The position numbers and the translations under genes are program-made. The notes below the pieces were generated by a model. That model saw only the letters and a program-made list of their open reading frames with translations, searched no databases and was not told where the DNA came from. This document shows positions 50,420 through 63,300 of a DNA stretch of 64,000 nt, piece after piece. Origin of the DNA: Selaginella moellendorffii (taxonomy: Eukaryota; Plantae; Lycopodiophyta); assembly GCF_000143415.4 (NCBI RefSeq), contig NW_003314401.1, positions 148,860-212,859 on the forward strand, in the 5' to 3' direction. Within the stretch, counting starts at the first letter, position 1; every line of letters starts with the position of its first letter.

Positions 50420-53400
50420 TGTGAGACACAAAATCCCTAGGCCCCAAAGTGGAGCCGGAAGGGTGCCACGTGGTAGTGGCCGAAGCGAAAGCCAAACGAG
50501 CGTAACACATTTGGACTAAAAGCTCCGACTTGGAAGGTCGAGAGCGGGAGTGGGACTCCCAACAAAGTGCTCAAGGAGCGAGCACGAGGCAACCAATAAG
50601 CAAGGCTCCAAAAAGGGACCCAAAAAGGACCAACATATGACACGTGGAAAAGTCCGAGATGGACTCGAGTTGGAGTCTGAGATGGAGTCTGAGATGGAGT
50701 CCAAGATGGACCGAGATGGAGTCCGAGATGGACTGAGACGGAGTCCGAGATGGAGTCCGAGGTGGACCGAGACGGAGTCTGAGATGGAGTCCGAGATGGA
50801 GTCCGAGATGGAGTCCGAGATGGACCCGAGATGGAGTCCGAGATGGAGTCTGAGATGGACCCGAGATGGAGCCCGAGATGGAGTCCGAGATGGACCCGAG
50901 ATGGAGTCCGAGATGGACCCGAGATGGAGTCCGAAGTCGAGACCGAGACCGGGACCGAGACCGAGACCGAGATCGGGACTCAGACCGAGACCAAGGCCAA
51001 GTCCGAGTCCGAGTCCGAGTTCGAGTCTGAGAGGGTGAAAGCCCAAAGCGTTCGTCTCTCAGACCCTGGGGGGTTTGGTGAGCTCCAAAAGTATAGTAGG
51101 GGGAGGACTGCAGTGGAGCCAGTTTGGCCAGGAAAGGCCAGTTTGGCCTGGAAAGGCCAGTTTGGCCCAGGAAGGCCGGACCCAGTGTTGGGTGATGAGC
51201 TGCCCACTGGGAAGTCCAAAACTAGAGTGAACACGGACCGACAAGCGGGGTAGCTTGGTGAAGTGTTCAAGAGCCGGCTTTAGTTCCCCTGGGAGATCGA
51301 TTGGCCGATGCTCCCAGTCCAAGTGTGGGTGGCACTACCTACTTGGATACCTGTCATGGCTCAACGGAACCTCGCTCTAAGCCCATGGCTAGAGCACCTA
51401 AAGGCGAAAGGCGGGGAGAGTACCCATAAGGCTTGCGTAAGGCCACGGTGTTCCGAAATGTTGTCCCAAAGTCCCAGACTATGGAAAGGAAGAGGAGTAG
51501 CCCTCTGGTGTGGTGACAAAGGACACGGTCACCCAGTGAGGAAGTCCCAGAGGACAGTTGGACTTAGGGGTCGGGCCTGTGGGCCTTGATCCAGTGGTAG
51601 TGTTGGTGAACACGGCCATCGACAGAGAGGGACTTGGTGGGGACCGGAAAAGAAATATTGGGGAAGGTTATTCCCTAAGTCTACGAGCATCCTAAAGATG
51701 CTAAGGAGTGGATTTGGGATGATCACTCATGGATGGATGGCTTAGTCTATGAGAGACAGGATTGCAATGTAGGTGGTGTTGGACCACCGGTGTGACCAAG
51801 GTGAATAGGTATGGCCTCAGCGTAACGGGCCGATATGTCGGTGATACCTTGGGGTGTCGATCATGGGATCGGACACATGGAGCACTTAGACCAAGTGCAA
51901 AGGTTGAGTGGTATGGATGCCATTCTCGGGGCTAGCAAGCCCCAAGTCCTAACTGGGACTTGTGGAGGTTGTGAATGAGACTCCTCCAAGTGGTCGGAGG
52001 CGTGGTTAAGTGATTAAAGTAAAATGGAAAAATTAGTGGCTTACAACTTGGTATCAGAGTTGTTCCTTAGTCCAACTTTTATTGGTACTCAAGTATATCA
52101 CCACTGGTGTTGGCATCGGAAGGTCCGAGGAGTGGGCCAATCTTTGAGGAGTAGCAAGTTGGGAAGACATGGCTCTCCATTACAGTTCATGTGTGAACTT
52201 GTAAACAACGTGGTGGATAGAAAAGGGCCAATAATGGAACGACTTTGGGATCTTGGGAACAGTGTAAGGGTTTCCTCAGAGAGTTGAGGATGTGATCTAG
52301 ATGAGCGTTTGATGCAGCAAACGGGCTAATATAGTTGTAGTAAAAAACTATCGTTGGAATCACGGGCAAGATGCAGACTCCAAAACAATAAAGGAGTCAC
52401 AAGATTACCCTCATATAGTTGGGGTTGGTGCTCATAAATTTGAGACCGGAATTGATGACTGTGGGAGGTCAAATACGGAAGAGGACACAAGTCCTTGAAA
52501 TGGTAGCCGGGGCTACCTCTAATAAATGCTGGAACAACCCAAGGAGTTGGGGGTGTACTTAGAGGATGAGTTGGTATTCTCATCACATGGACAAGTGGTC
52601 CTAAGGGGCGAAAGGTTGCCCCTAGAGAAAAATCGAGTGTCGGAGTAACACTTGCAAAAGATAGTCCTTGGAGTAGGACATGAATACAAGGAGTTGTATT
52701 CTAATGAGCTAGCACCTCAAAGGTAGGACCTCATGAGTCATCAGATTAACAAAGTCCAAAAAGTTGAATGACTCCAATAGAGTCAAGGTATAATCATAAG
52801 GGCTTAAGGAAAGCATTTGGACTGAGGTGTATGGTGCCCATGAGGTATGGGGAGGATCATAAGATTCAAGTATGAGAACAGTAGATATCTCATTGATGGC
52901 AGAATGTGCCATACTAAAGTTGTGGGAAAGATGTCCCCAAAAGAAAGCAACTTTGGCCTAGAGTTGGGTGCAAACACTATGGTGCAGTGCTAACGGATAG
53001 TTAGCATGAAGAACAACTATATTGGTCTTGGCAAAGACCTAGGCACTAATAAGTAGTGTCATAAGGGTAGGCTCATGGGGCTAATGGTGTGAAGACACCA
53101 AGTGTGCCAAGGTGTAATACCTTGAGGTTATGGACGCTTAACTCCAACTATCCCAAGACCCTTAACCGATTGGAAAAGGGGGTGCACTCTTATTCATGGG
53201 CCCTTTCCCTCTATATTTGAACCTCTATGGATCGTCTCTCAAGTCGTTCCCTTTAGTTGCTTACAATATACCCTTATGGGGGATAAATTGCTTATGTTGC
53301 GATATAGTAAGTCAATATCGTAAACGGGAATGCTCATTGTCAGGAGGCCATCATTGGGACACCCAAACACTTTAGAACACCAGGAGGTGGTGTTTCGTGT

Positions 53401-54087
53401 CGCAAGGGCAATAGATAAGGCCCAAGGGACTAAGTCCCTAGCGGATGATGGATAGTAAATGCTATCCAAATGCCCAAGGTTGTGGAGACAAGAGAAGACT
53501 GTCTATCCGAATTGGACAAAGCCAAAAATGGAATTTTGGCAAGGCTAGTGATGGGCATGTAAAGGCCCATAAGCAGCAATATTAACCCCGATGTGTGGGA
53601 TTATAAGGTGAACATGCCTAAGATTGAGGAACCACTCCCTAAGCTATCGGGTAGGTTCATCCCTAAGAATACTTGCTAAAGCATAGTAAAATGTGCAAAG
53701 TTATCCTCCTAGTCTGGAGGAGAATAACAAAAGGAAACATATGGGGCCAAAAGGCAAGTAGTATTGGGATGGAACTGAACCATAGGAATCGCATATCCAA
53801 CGGTGGTTATGCAAGTTGGGAGTGGAGAATCAAGAGGGTGTTCGAGGATGTTGTTGCTAGCAACCGTGATGCCATAGAAAGTCTAAAATATGGAATTGTC
53901 CATGTTAGACTATATGGCAACTATAAAGCTTGCGAAAAGGGAGGCCTTAGCAAGCTAAGGGACAGAGTTCCTTCAAGGTTCCCAAAGACGATTCTAGGTA
54001 GCTTAGTACCTAGAAAGGCCAAGTGTAAATGGTTCATGGAACGTGCGAAATCAGAGTGGCGCAGCAAAAGCGTGGTCTTGAAGCTTG
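50420..54087 (+). mobile_element. Non-autonomous chromovirus-derived LTR element, family B copy 1 (5' part)
   Basis: LTR 50420-52045 with GGAGTCCGAGAT array; PBS tggtatcagag at 52049; internal region colinear with the reverse complement of 57920-60070. Confidence 0.85.
53132..53265 (-). mobile_element. Truncated Cassandra-type LTR inside family B copy 1
   Basis: Near-identical to 31047-31179; replaces ~245 bp that is present in the paralog at ~58742-58985. Confidence 0.9.
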
Positions 54088-57000
54088 TGTAAGTGACTAA
54101 TTTTTCCATTTTACTTTAGTCACTTAACCACACCTCCGACCACTTGGAGGAGTCTCATTCACAACCTCCACAAGTCCCAGTTAGGACTTGGGGCTTGCTA
54201 GCCCCGAGAATGGCATCCATACCACTCAACCTTTGCACTTGGTCTAAGTGCTCCCTGTGTCCGATCCCATGATCGACACCCCAAGGTATCTCTGACATAT
54301 CGGCCCGTTACGCTGAGGCCATACCTATTCACCTTGGTCATGCTGGTGGTCCAACACCACCTACATTGCAATCCTGTCTCTCATAGACTAGGCCATCCAT
54401 CCATGAGGGATCATCCCAGATCCACTCCTTAGCATCCTTAGGATGCTTGCAGACTTAGGGAATAACTTTCCCCAATATCTCTTTTCCGGTCCCCACCAAG
54501 TCCCTCTCTGTCGATGGCCGTGTTCACCAACACTGCCACTGGATCAAGGCCCGCAGGCCCGACCTCTAAGTCCAACTGTCCTCTGGGACTTCCTCACTGG
54601 GTGACCGTGTCCTTTGTCACCACACTAGAGGGCTACTCCTCTTCCTTTCCATAGTCTGGGACTTTGGGACAACATTTCGGAACACCGTGGCCTTACGCAA
54701 GCCTCATGGGTACTCTCCCCGCCTTTCGCCTTTAGGTTTAGGGTTTAGGTAAACCGGTCCGTGTTCACTCTAGTTTTGGACTTCCCAGTGGGCAGCTCAT
54801 CACCCAACACTGGGTCCGGCCTTCCTGGGCCAAACTGGCCTTTCCTGGCCAAACTGGCTCCACTGCAGTCCTCCCCCTACTATACTTTTGGAGCTCACCA
54901 AACCCCCCAGGGTCTGGGAGACGAACGCTTTGGGCTTTCACCCTCTCAGACTCGAACTCGGACTCGACCTCGGACTCGGACTCGGACTCGGACTCGGACT
55001 CGGATTCGGACTCGGACTCGGACTCGGACTCGGCCTCGGCCCCGGTCTCGGTCTCGGTCCCGATCTCGGTCTCGGTCTCGGTCCCGGTCTCGGTCTCGGT
55101 CCCGATCTCGGTCTCAGTCTCGGTCCCGGTCTCGGTCTTGGTCCCGGTCTCGACTTCGGACTCCATCTCGGGTCCATCTCGAACTCCATCTCGGACTCCA
55201 TCTCGGGTCCACCTCGGACTCCATCTCGGACTCCACCTCGGACTCCATCTCGGGTCCTTCTCGGACTCTATCTCGGACTCCATCTCGAACTCCATCTCGG
55301 ACTCCATCTCGGGTCTCATCTCGGGTCCATATCGGGTCCATCTCGGACTCCATCTCGGGTCCATCTCGAACTCCATCTCGGACTCCATCTCAGGTCCATC
55401 TCGGACTCCATCTCAAGTCCATCTCGGACTCCATCTCGGACTCCATCTCGGGTCTCATCTCGGGTCCATATCGGGTCCATCTCGGACTCCATCTCAGGTC
55501 CATCTCGGACTCCATCTCGGACTCCATCTCGGGTCCATCTCGGACTCCATCTCAAGTCCATCTCGGACTCCATCTTGGACTCCATCTCGAGTCCATCTCG
55601 GACTCCATCTCGGGTCCATCTCGGGTCCACCTCGGACTCCACCTCGGACTCCATCTCGGGGTCCTTCTCGGGTCCACCTTGGACTCCACCTCGGGGTCCT
55701 TCTCGGCGTCCACTTCGGACTCCACCTCGGGGTCCTTCTCGGACTCCACTTCGGACTCCAACTCGAGTCGATCTCAGACACTTCCACGTGTCATGTGTTG
55801 GTCCTTTTGGGTCCCTTTTTTGGAGCCTCACTTATTGCTCTCTTTGTGCTTGTTCCTCGAGCACTTTGTTGGGAGTTCCACTCCCGCTCTCGACCTTTCA
55901 AGGCGGAGCTTTTAGTCCAAATGTGTTACGCTCGTTTGGCTTTCGCTTCGGCCACTACCACGTGGCGCCCTTCCAGCACCACTTTGGGGCCTAGGGATTT
56001 TGTGTCTCACAACTCCACCACCCATAGACGAAGTTCGATGTCCTCATCGAACAGTAAACCCTTTCATAAAGTAACACCCGCACGTGTTACCATTTCCATC
56101 CTTGGCACCTAGCCAATATTTGTCTATGGTTTGACACCAAAGGCTCACCATGCCTTGTCCATCCTCTAAGGAGTGTAGTCTCTCCAACTTAGAGACTGAT
56201 TGGACCACATGTAGTGGTTCTCTCGTTTTATTGGTTTAGTTCTTGCTAAACCTCTTAGAGACCCTTCTCTAAGTCAATCCCACTACTCCTTCTCGAGTAG
56301 TCTCAATTTCCATCTATTGAACGTTTGCACCTTGGAACTTTTACTCTTTGACTTCTGGAAGTCAATTTCCTAGGTGTCTCCAACACCTTGCACTGCACAT
56401 ATTGTGCAACTCCACTTCCCCATCCTAGGAAGTTCTTTACTTGAGGGCACCATCATCCTCTCTTCTATTTCGTGCCACCTTGGGCACTAAGTTCCATTTA
56501 TCATACTTTGTGCTAGGGTTGTCCATGGCCCTACCATTTGGCTACCTTACCGCTCCCTCCCTTGGAGCTTCCACTTTCGCCAAATCAGAGCAATTTGGAA
56601 TCCATCCTTGGAAACACACTTCCTTTCCCGCAATTTATTAGCGTCCAACACATTAGTGTTCTTCGCCTAACTTTGCCACTTGGATTCCTTCCAAGGGATT
56701 CCATGGCCCTATCTTGGCCACTCATCTTTTGCTCCTATCCGTTGATTGTTGCACCAAGCAACACTGAATCTTTACCTCCCTCCTTGAGGTATTCTTTTGA
56801 TTCCATAGCAAAGGCTCTGCTTTGCCAAGACTAGGGTGTTCACCCCTAGTAAGTCTCTTTAGCATCTTCTGCTGTGGCCTCTATCCACGGCCCAACTTTG
56901 TGACCCTCCCATGGGTCTCTTTAGAGACTACTTTTCTTGGACACACTATGCCATCGCAATGACATAGCTCATTTCCTTAAGGTGCTTTTCCCACTTGGTC

Positions 57001-60000
57001 ACCTTGACCAAGCCACACCATCATCAATAGCTCAAATCAACACTTTGAACTAGGAACCTTATTCCTTAACCCAAATAAGGACCTTGTCCTTATTTAGCCA
57101 CAAGATCACCTAATGATCTCACCTCGGCACCTTAACAGGTTTGCCAATAAGTACTAGGTCTTCCAAACCTTTAACTTGTTAACTACGACCCCGGGGGCAT
57201 CCCCCACACTTGGCGGTGCACCCAAGCCAGCCCTTACGGCCAAGGGTTCATAGCAACTGAGATTAGGTGTCCCCATCTCACTCACCACGTCCTTGGTGCC
57301 ACTTGCACCAAAGCGTTCAAGTTAGATATGCCAAGCTTTCACACTAAGCAATCTAACCGTGCATCACGACTCCGAGGCATCCCTCGCTTGGCGGTGTGCC
57401 CAAACCAGTCTCCCCACTGAGAGTCCATGACCACCGAAATATGAGTGTCCTCATATTCCAAACCATCACCACGCCCTAGTGATTTGGGACTCGAACCCAA
57501 GCATTAGAGGGTCGAGACTCGAACCCAACCTCCGTATATGCATCTACGGAAGGCATCACACAGGATGCCTGGCATGACTCCCCACGCCGGTGCACCAACT
57601 TATATTTAAAACGCGCTACAGATCACAGCTTAGGAACCTGGTTCCTCCACACTGCCAAGTCCCCTCACTTGACAAGTCTGTGATCATGCATGGACTCCTC
57701 CATGCTTGGCCCCACGGCCCACCCTTTTTGAAGTTATCACCTTCAACTAGGGTATTTGTTCCCCCGACTTGCCAATCTCGCTTGGCAAGTCCTCCAACCA
57801 CTGTAACATGGTTCCTGCATAAGCGTGAAAGTCCTTGACCATCGACTTTCGTTCAAAGCCCTCTCTTTGAACACTCGGGAACTACTTCCCTAACCTTGAT
57901 AGCCTTGCCTCATGGCAGCTTCAAGACCACGCTTTTGCTGCGCCACTCTGATTTCGCGCATTCCATGAACCATTTACACTTGGCCTTTCTAGGTACTAAG
58001 CTACCTAGCATCATCTTTGGGAACCTTGAAGGAACTCTGTCCCTTAGCTTGCTAAGGCCTCCCTTTTCGCAAGCTTTATAGTTGCCATATAGTCTAACAT
58101 GGACAATTCCATATTTTAGACTCTCCATGGCATCACAGTTGCTAGCAACAACATCCTCGAGCACCCTCTTGATTCTCCACTCCCAACTTCCATAACCACT
58201 GTTGGATATGCCCTTCGATTTCCATGGTTCAGTTCCATCCCAATACTACTTGCCTTTTGGCCCCATATGTTTCCTTTTGTTATTCTCCTCCAGACTAGGA
58301 GGATAGCTTTGCACATTTTACTATGCTTTAGCAAGTATTCTTAGGGATGAACCTACCCGATAGCTTAGGGAGTGGTTCCTCAATCTTGGGCATGCTCACC
58401 TTATAACCCCACACATCGGGATTAACGTTGCTGCTTATGGGCCTTTACATGCCCATCACTAGCCTTGCCAAAATTCCATTTTTGGCTTTGTCCAATTCGG
58501 GTAGACAGTCTTTTCCTATCTCTACAACCTTGGACATTTGGATAGCACCTACTATCCATCATTCGCTAGGGACTTAGTCCCTTGGGCCTTATCTATTTCC
58601 CTTGTGACACGAAACACCACCTCCTGGTGTTCTAGAGTGTTTGGGTGTCCCAATGATGGCCTCCTGACAATGAGCATTCCCATTTACGACATTGACTTAC
58701 TATATCGCAACATAAGCAATTTATCCCCCGTAAGGGTATATCTAACTTCCTTATGCCATTAAGAAGTCTTGGGTAGCTACTTTCTACCCATTTACCCAAT
58801 TATCTTGCACCTCTTGCTTAGTTGCCCCATAGTCGTTAAGTCTTACAACTCATTGCTTGGTGCTTCCACACCTCCATCATTATCTGGGTCCCCACACTCC
58901 AATCGTATGCCTTCCAGCTTAGGCCATGCCATTCCCACTTCTGTTGGGATTCCCTTGGCAAGGGGTTCTTATGAACCCACCATCATAACCTCAAGGTATC
59001 ACACCTTGGCACATTTGGTGTCTCCACACCATCGGCCCCACGAGCCTACCCTTATGACACTACTTATTAGTGTCTAGGTCTTTGCCAAGACCAATATAGT
59101 TGTTCCTCATGCTAACTATCCGTTAGCACCGCACCATAGTGTTTGCACCCAACTCTGGGCCAAAGCTGCTTTCTTTTGGGAACATCTTTCCCATAACTTT
59201 AGTATGGCACATTCTGCCATCAATGAAATACCTACTGTCCTCATACTTGGATCTTATGATCCTCCCCATACCTCATGGAGCACCATAGGCCTCAGTCCAA
59301 ATGCTCCAACCAATCCCTTAGGACCATTCCCTGACTCTGCTTGAGTCATCCAGCATTTTGGACTTTGCTAATCCAACAACCTGCGAGGTCTTAGTCTTAG
59401 AGGTGCCAACTCATTGGAATACAACTTCTTGTATTCATGTCCTACTCACAAGGACAATCTTTGCAAGTGTTACTCTAACACTTGATGATTTTCTTGGGGC
59501 TAACCTTTGCCCCTTAGGACCACTTGTCCATGTGATGAGAATAGCACCTCATCTTTAAGTACACCGTGATTCCTTGGGTTGTTCCAGCATTTATTAGNNN
59601 NNNNNNNNNNNNNNNNNNNNNNNNNNNNNNNNNNNNNNNNNNNNNNNNNNNNNNNNNNNNNNNNNNNNNNNNNNNNNNNNNNNNNNNNNNNNNNNNNNNN
59701 NNNNNNNNNNNNNNNNNNNNNNNNNNNNNNNTTTGGAGTCTACATCTTTCCCGTGATCCCAACTGTAGTTGTTTACCACAACTACATCAGCCAGTTTGCT
59801 AAGTCAAATGCTCATCTGGATCACATCCTCAACTCTCTGAGGAAACCCTTATACGGTTCCCAAGATCCCAAAGTCGTTCCATCATTGGCCCTTTTCTACC
59901 CACCACTTTGCCTACAAGTTCACACGTGAACTGTAGTGGAGAGTCATGTCTTCCGGACTTGCTACTCCTCAAGGACAAGCCCACTCCTAGGACCTTCCGA

Positions 60001-60348
60001 TGCCAACACTAGTGGTGATATACTTCAGCACCAATAAAAGTCGGACTAAGGAACAGCTCCGATACCAAGTTGTAAGCGACTAATTTTTCCATTTTACTTT
60101 AGTCACTTAACCACACCTCCGACCACTTGGAGGAGTCTCATTCACAACCTCCACAAGTCCCAGTTAGGACTTGGGGCTTGCTAGCCCCGAGAATGGCATC
60201 CATACCACTCAACCTTTGCACTTGGTCTAAGTGCTCCCCGTGTCCGATCCCATGATCGACACCCCAAGGTATCTCTGACATATCGGCCCGTTACGCTGAG
60301 GCCATACCTATTCACCTTGGTCATGCTGGTGGTCCAACACCACCTACA
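54088..60348 (-). mobile_element. Family B copy 2 (LARD-like), inserted in opposite orientation into copy 1
   Basis: 3' LTR 54088-56011; PPT atgggtggtggag; PBS tggtatcggagc at 60067-60056; 5' LTR from 60071 interrupted at 60348. Confidence 0.88.
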
Positions 60349-63300
60349 AAGCTCTATTTCGTTAAAGTGGGAATTGTCATTATCCCACTTGTAAAATAAG
60401 GTTTCCAAACCTTTATATAGTATATAAATATAACAAAATTCAACTGCATTGAGGCACATGCCATTTTATTTTAAACAAGGAAATGTCTACTCAATCACTT
60501 CTCCTCCCCCTGCCACTGCTTCACCTCTCTCTTCTCCTTGTCATCGTCGTCCAATTTCTTTCCATCCTTTTAATATTGGCTCAGTTGCTCCGAGTCTAGG
60601 TGGAGCCCAAGTCCCCATTCAATCTTTACTTTCCCCTTATTAATAAAACAACTTCGTAGACTTCCAATAACATGCTGTAACACTTCTAGTATAATGCAAA
60701 TCCTCTCAAAGAATTGTCTTTTAATATTAATACAATGGCATGGAACCCCATGCCATAATAAGTTACATTTTTAAATAAATACATGCCATCTCAGACTGTT
60801 ATTTTTTGCCTCCAACGCCTATACAATAATCTTGGAATTTCATCATTCTCCACACTATCAGGATTTAAACCCAATAGTAATGCCATCTCTTCTCTAATAC
60901 GTCCACGCTCATGTTCAGTGGTCGAAGAACCCATCCGGTTGAGCAGATTATGGAGATGCGGATAGTGCTTGGCTAGACAATATACATGCCATAAATGATG
61001 ACTGGTGTCTGTCCGATCAAATGGCTTCTAATATACCGTTCCATCTGCCATTTGGTTGATTTCTGCAGCCACCTCCTGGACTGGCCGGTTCTCTATCACC
61101 ATCGCTTCAAGCCGTTTTGCAAGGTCCCCCAGAACATACGGTTTCTTCTCCCTAGTTTCCATACTGCAAGAGATGGGGTGCACTGCATATGTGTGCGTGT
61201 TCGCTGCAGTTTTAATCGGCGAGTCATCGATGATGAGGATTTCACTTGACCTAGCAGTCCGGTTCATCACTACAGCCTCTAGCTTGACGAAGATGGGCTT
61301 GCTACCCCTCACATGGACCATAGTCAAGCAATCCTCCTGCGTTAGGAGAAAGTCAAATGGTAATATTACTCGCGTCTGATCGTGCATCATCTGTAGCAAC
61401 GTTAATGCATTGTGGCGCATCATGGATGTCCAAACTCCCAATTGCAAATTGAACCCGGCCCTCTGTTTTAAGTGTCGCATGGTCATTATTAGATCCCGCA
61501 GTTTCTCCCGTGTGATTAATGTGAATCTGTCTCTTTTGACCAACTTGCGACCGCAGGCTTTGGAGGGTGCAGTGACATTCGAGGACGAGCCACGCTCATG
61601 GGAGAAAAGGACACCGTTCAGATCAAAAACGATACAGTACTTTCGCCGTGACTCTGAAATGAAATGCGTTAGCATAAAAAATGGTACAAGTCAATTTTAC
61701 CATCTACAATATTAGCGAATGGTGCTCCCGATGGTCGTTCAGAGGGTTTTGGTCGAGGAAACGTGAAGGGCGGAAATACTCTCCTCTGCAATGTGGGGTC
61801 AATCGCATCCGATGGCGTGTGGGCACATGCCATTTCAGCTGTAGACTCTGGTACAACTGGCTCAACAGTGGCATGGGGTGGTTCCGATGGCGTGTGATCA
61901 CACGCCATTTCAGCTGGTGCCTCCGTTGGCAAAGTGGACATGACCGAACAGGCAGCAGGGGCGGTGTAGGGAGGTTCCAACGGCGCGTAGTCAGACGATT
62001 GGGCACACGTTGGAAATGAGGATACGACCGGCTCGGCGGCTGGTGCGGCCTCATGCGGGTCCAATGGCGCCTGGTCACCGTCAGTTGGATACGTGGACAA
62101 GATTGACTCAGTGGTATGGGCAGCATCAAGTGGAGCGTGGTCAGCTTGCTTGGCGTTGATATGGATAGTAGCCTCCACCAGCTCTGATGACTCNNNNNNN
62201 NNNNNNNNNNNNNNNNNNNNNNNNNNNNNNNNNNNNNNNNNNNNNNNNNNNNNNNNNNNNNNNNNNNNNNNNNNNNNNNNNNNNNNNNNNNNNNNNNNNN
62301 NNNNNNNNNNNNNNNNNNNNNNNNNNNNNNNNNNNNNNNNNNNNNNNNNCTGGCCATCATCGTCATCATCGTCATCGTCGTTATTGTGATCGTCACCATT
62401 GTGAGGACCATCCAAGTCCTCTTCGTCCTCCTCTTCTTCGTCCTCCTCTTCGTCCTTCTGCTCTTCCTGCTCATTATCTTTCTCTGGCTCCTCATCCCCC
62501 TCTTGCATTTCTTCCATAGGCTGCTCAGGCTGGATTGCTTGTTTTTCCAGGACCATCTTGGAAAAATCATCTGGCCGAGTCTCCATCTCAAAATACAAGA
62601 CATCCATAGCCTGTTTTAGTGCGTGACCTAGGACCGTATCCTCACCCGACTGTCTTAACATGGTTTCTGCATGTTCTTGCACCCTTCGAAGACGACGAGA
62701 TGAGAAAAACGTGGCTCTGACTTGAAAAGCATCCCTCATCCATTGTACCTCTCCATTGAGATTGGGGAAGGGGAGTCCGCCATAGGAATCTGAGTCAGGA
62801 GGTGGTGACTGGCTCCTTTCACTCAGCCCTTGATCTGCAATGAATGGCATGAGCACACACGCCATAACCGCGAGGCATTACCTATCATCTTTTCGTTGCC
62901 CTTCTTCCTTTTCGAATCAAACGCCTCTGATCCCGATGACTGTCCAACGTGCTTTCGCTTTTTATGACCACTGTCAGTTTGAGCTTGGCTGGTGCTTGCC
63001 TGTTTTGCCTTTGAAGAAGTGTCTCCTGCAAGGAATGGCATGAGACCACACGCCATTGCAAATATAATTTGTACCTCCTTTTTTTCTATTGCTTGTCTGT
63101 TTGTCCTTCTTCGACGCGCCACCAGTGCGCTTTTCAGTCCTCGTGTCTGAATATTCACAACGATCTATAATCAAAATGGCGTGAGGCCTCACGTGACCTT
63201 ACCTTGTGCAGGTTGTGAGCTCGGCCCAACATGGGTATCTTCAACAGTAGCTGTTAACGCCGTTTCAGCATCTGGGGGTGGCCATGCTCCTGCATACAGA

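Noticed and set aside
54761-56112. Long overlapping ORFs (384, 368 and 324 aa), with similar ones at 31259-31763 and 50516-51253
   Set aside because: Artefacts of stop-free hexamer repeats inside LTRs
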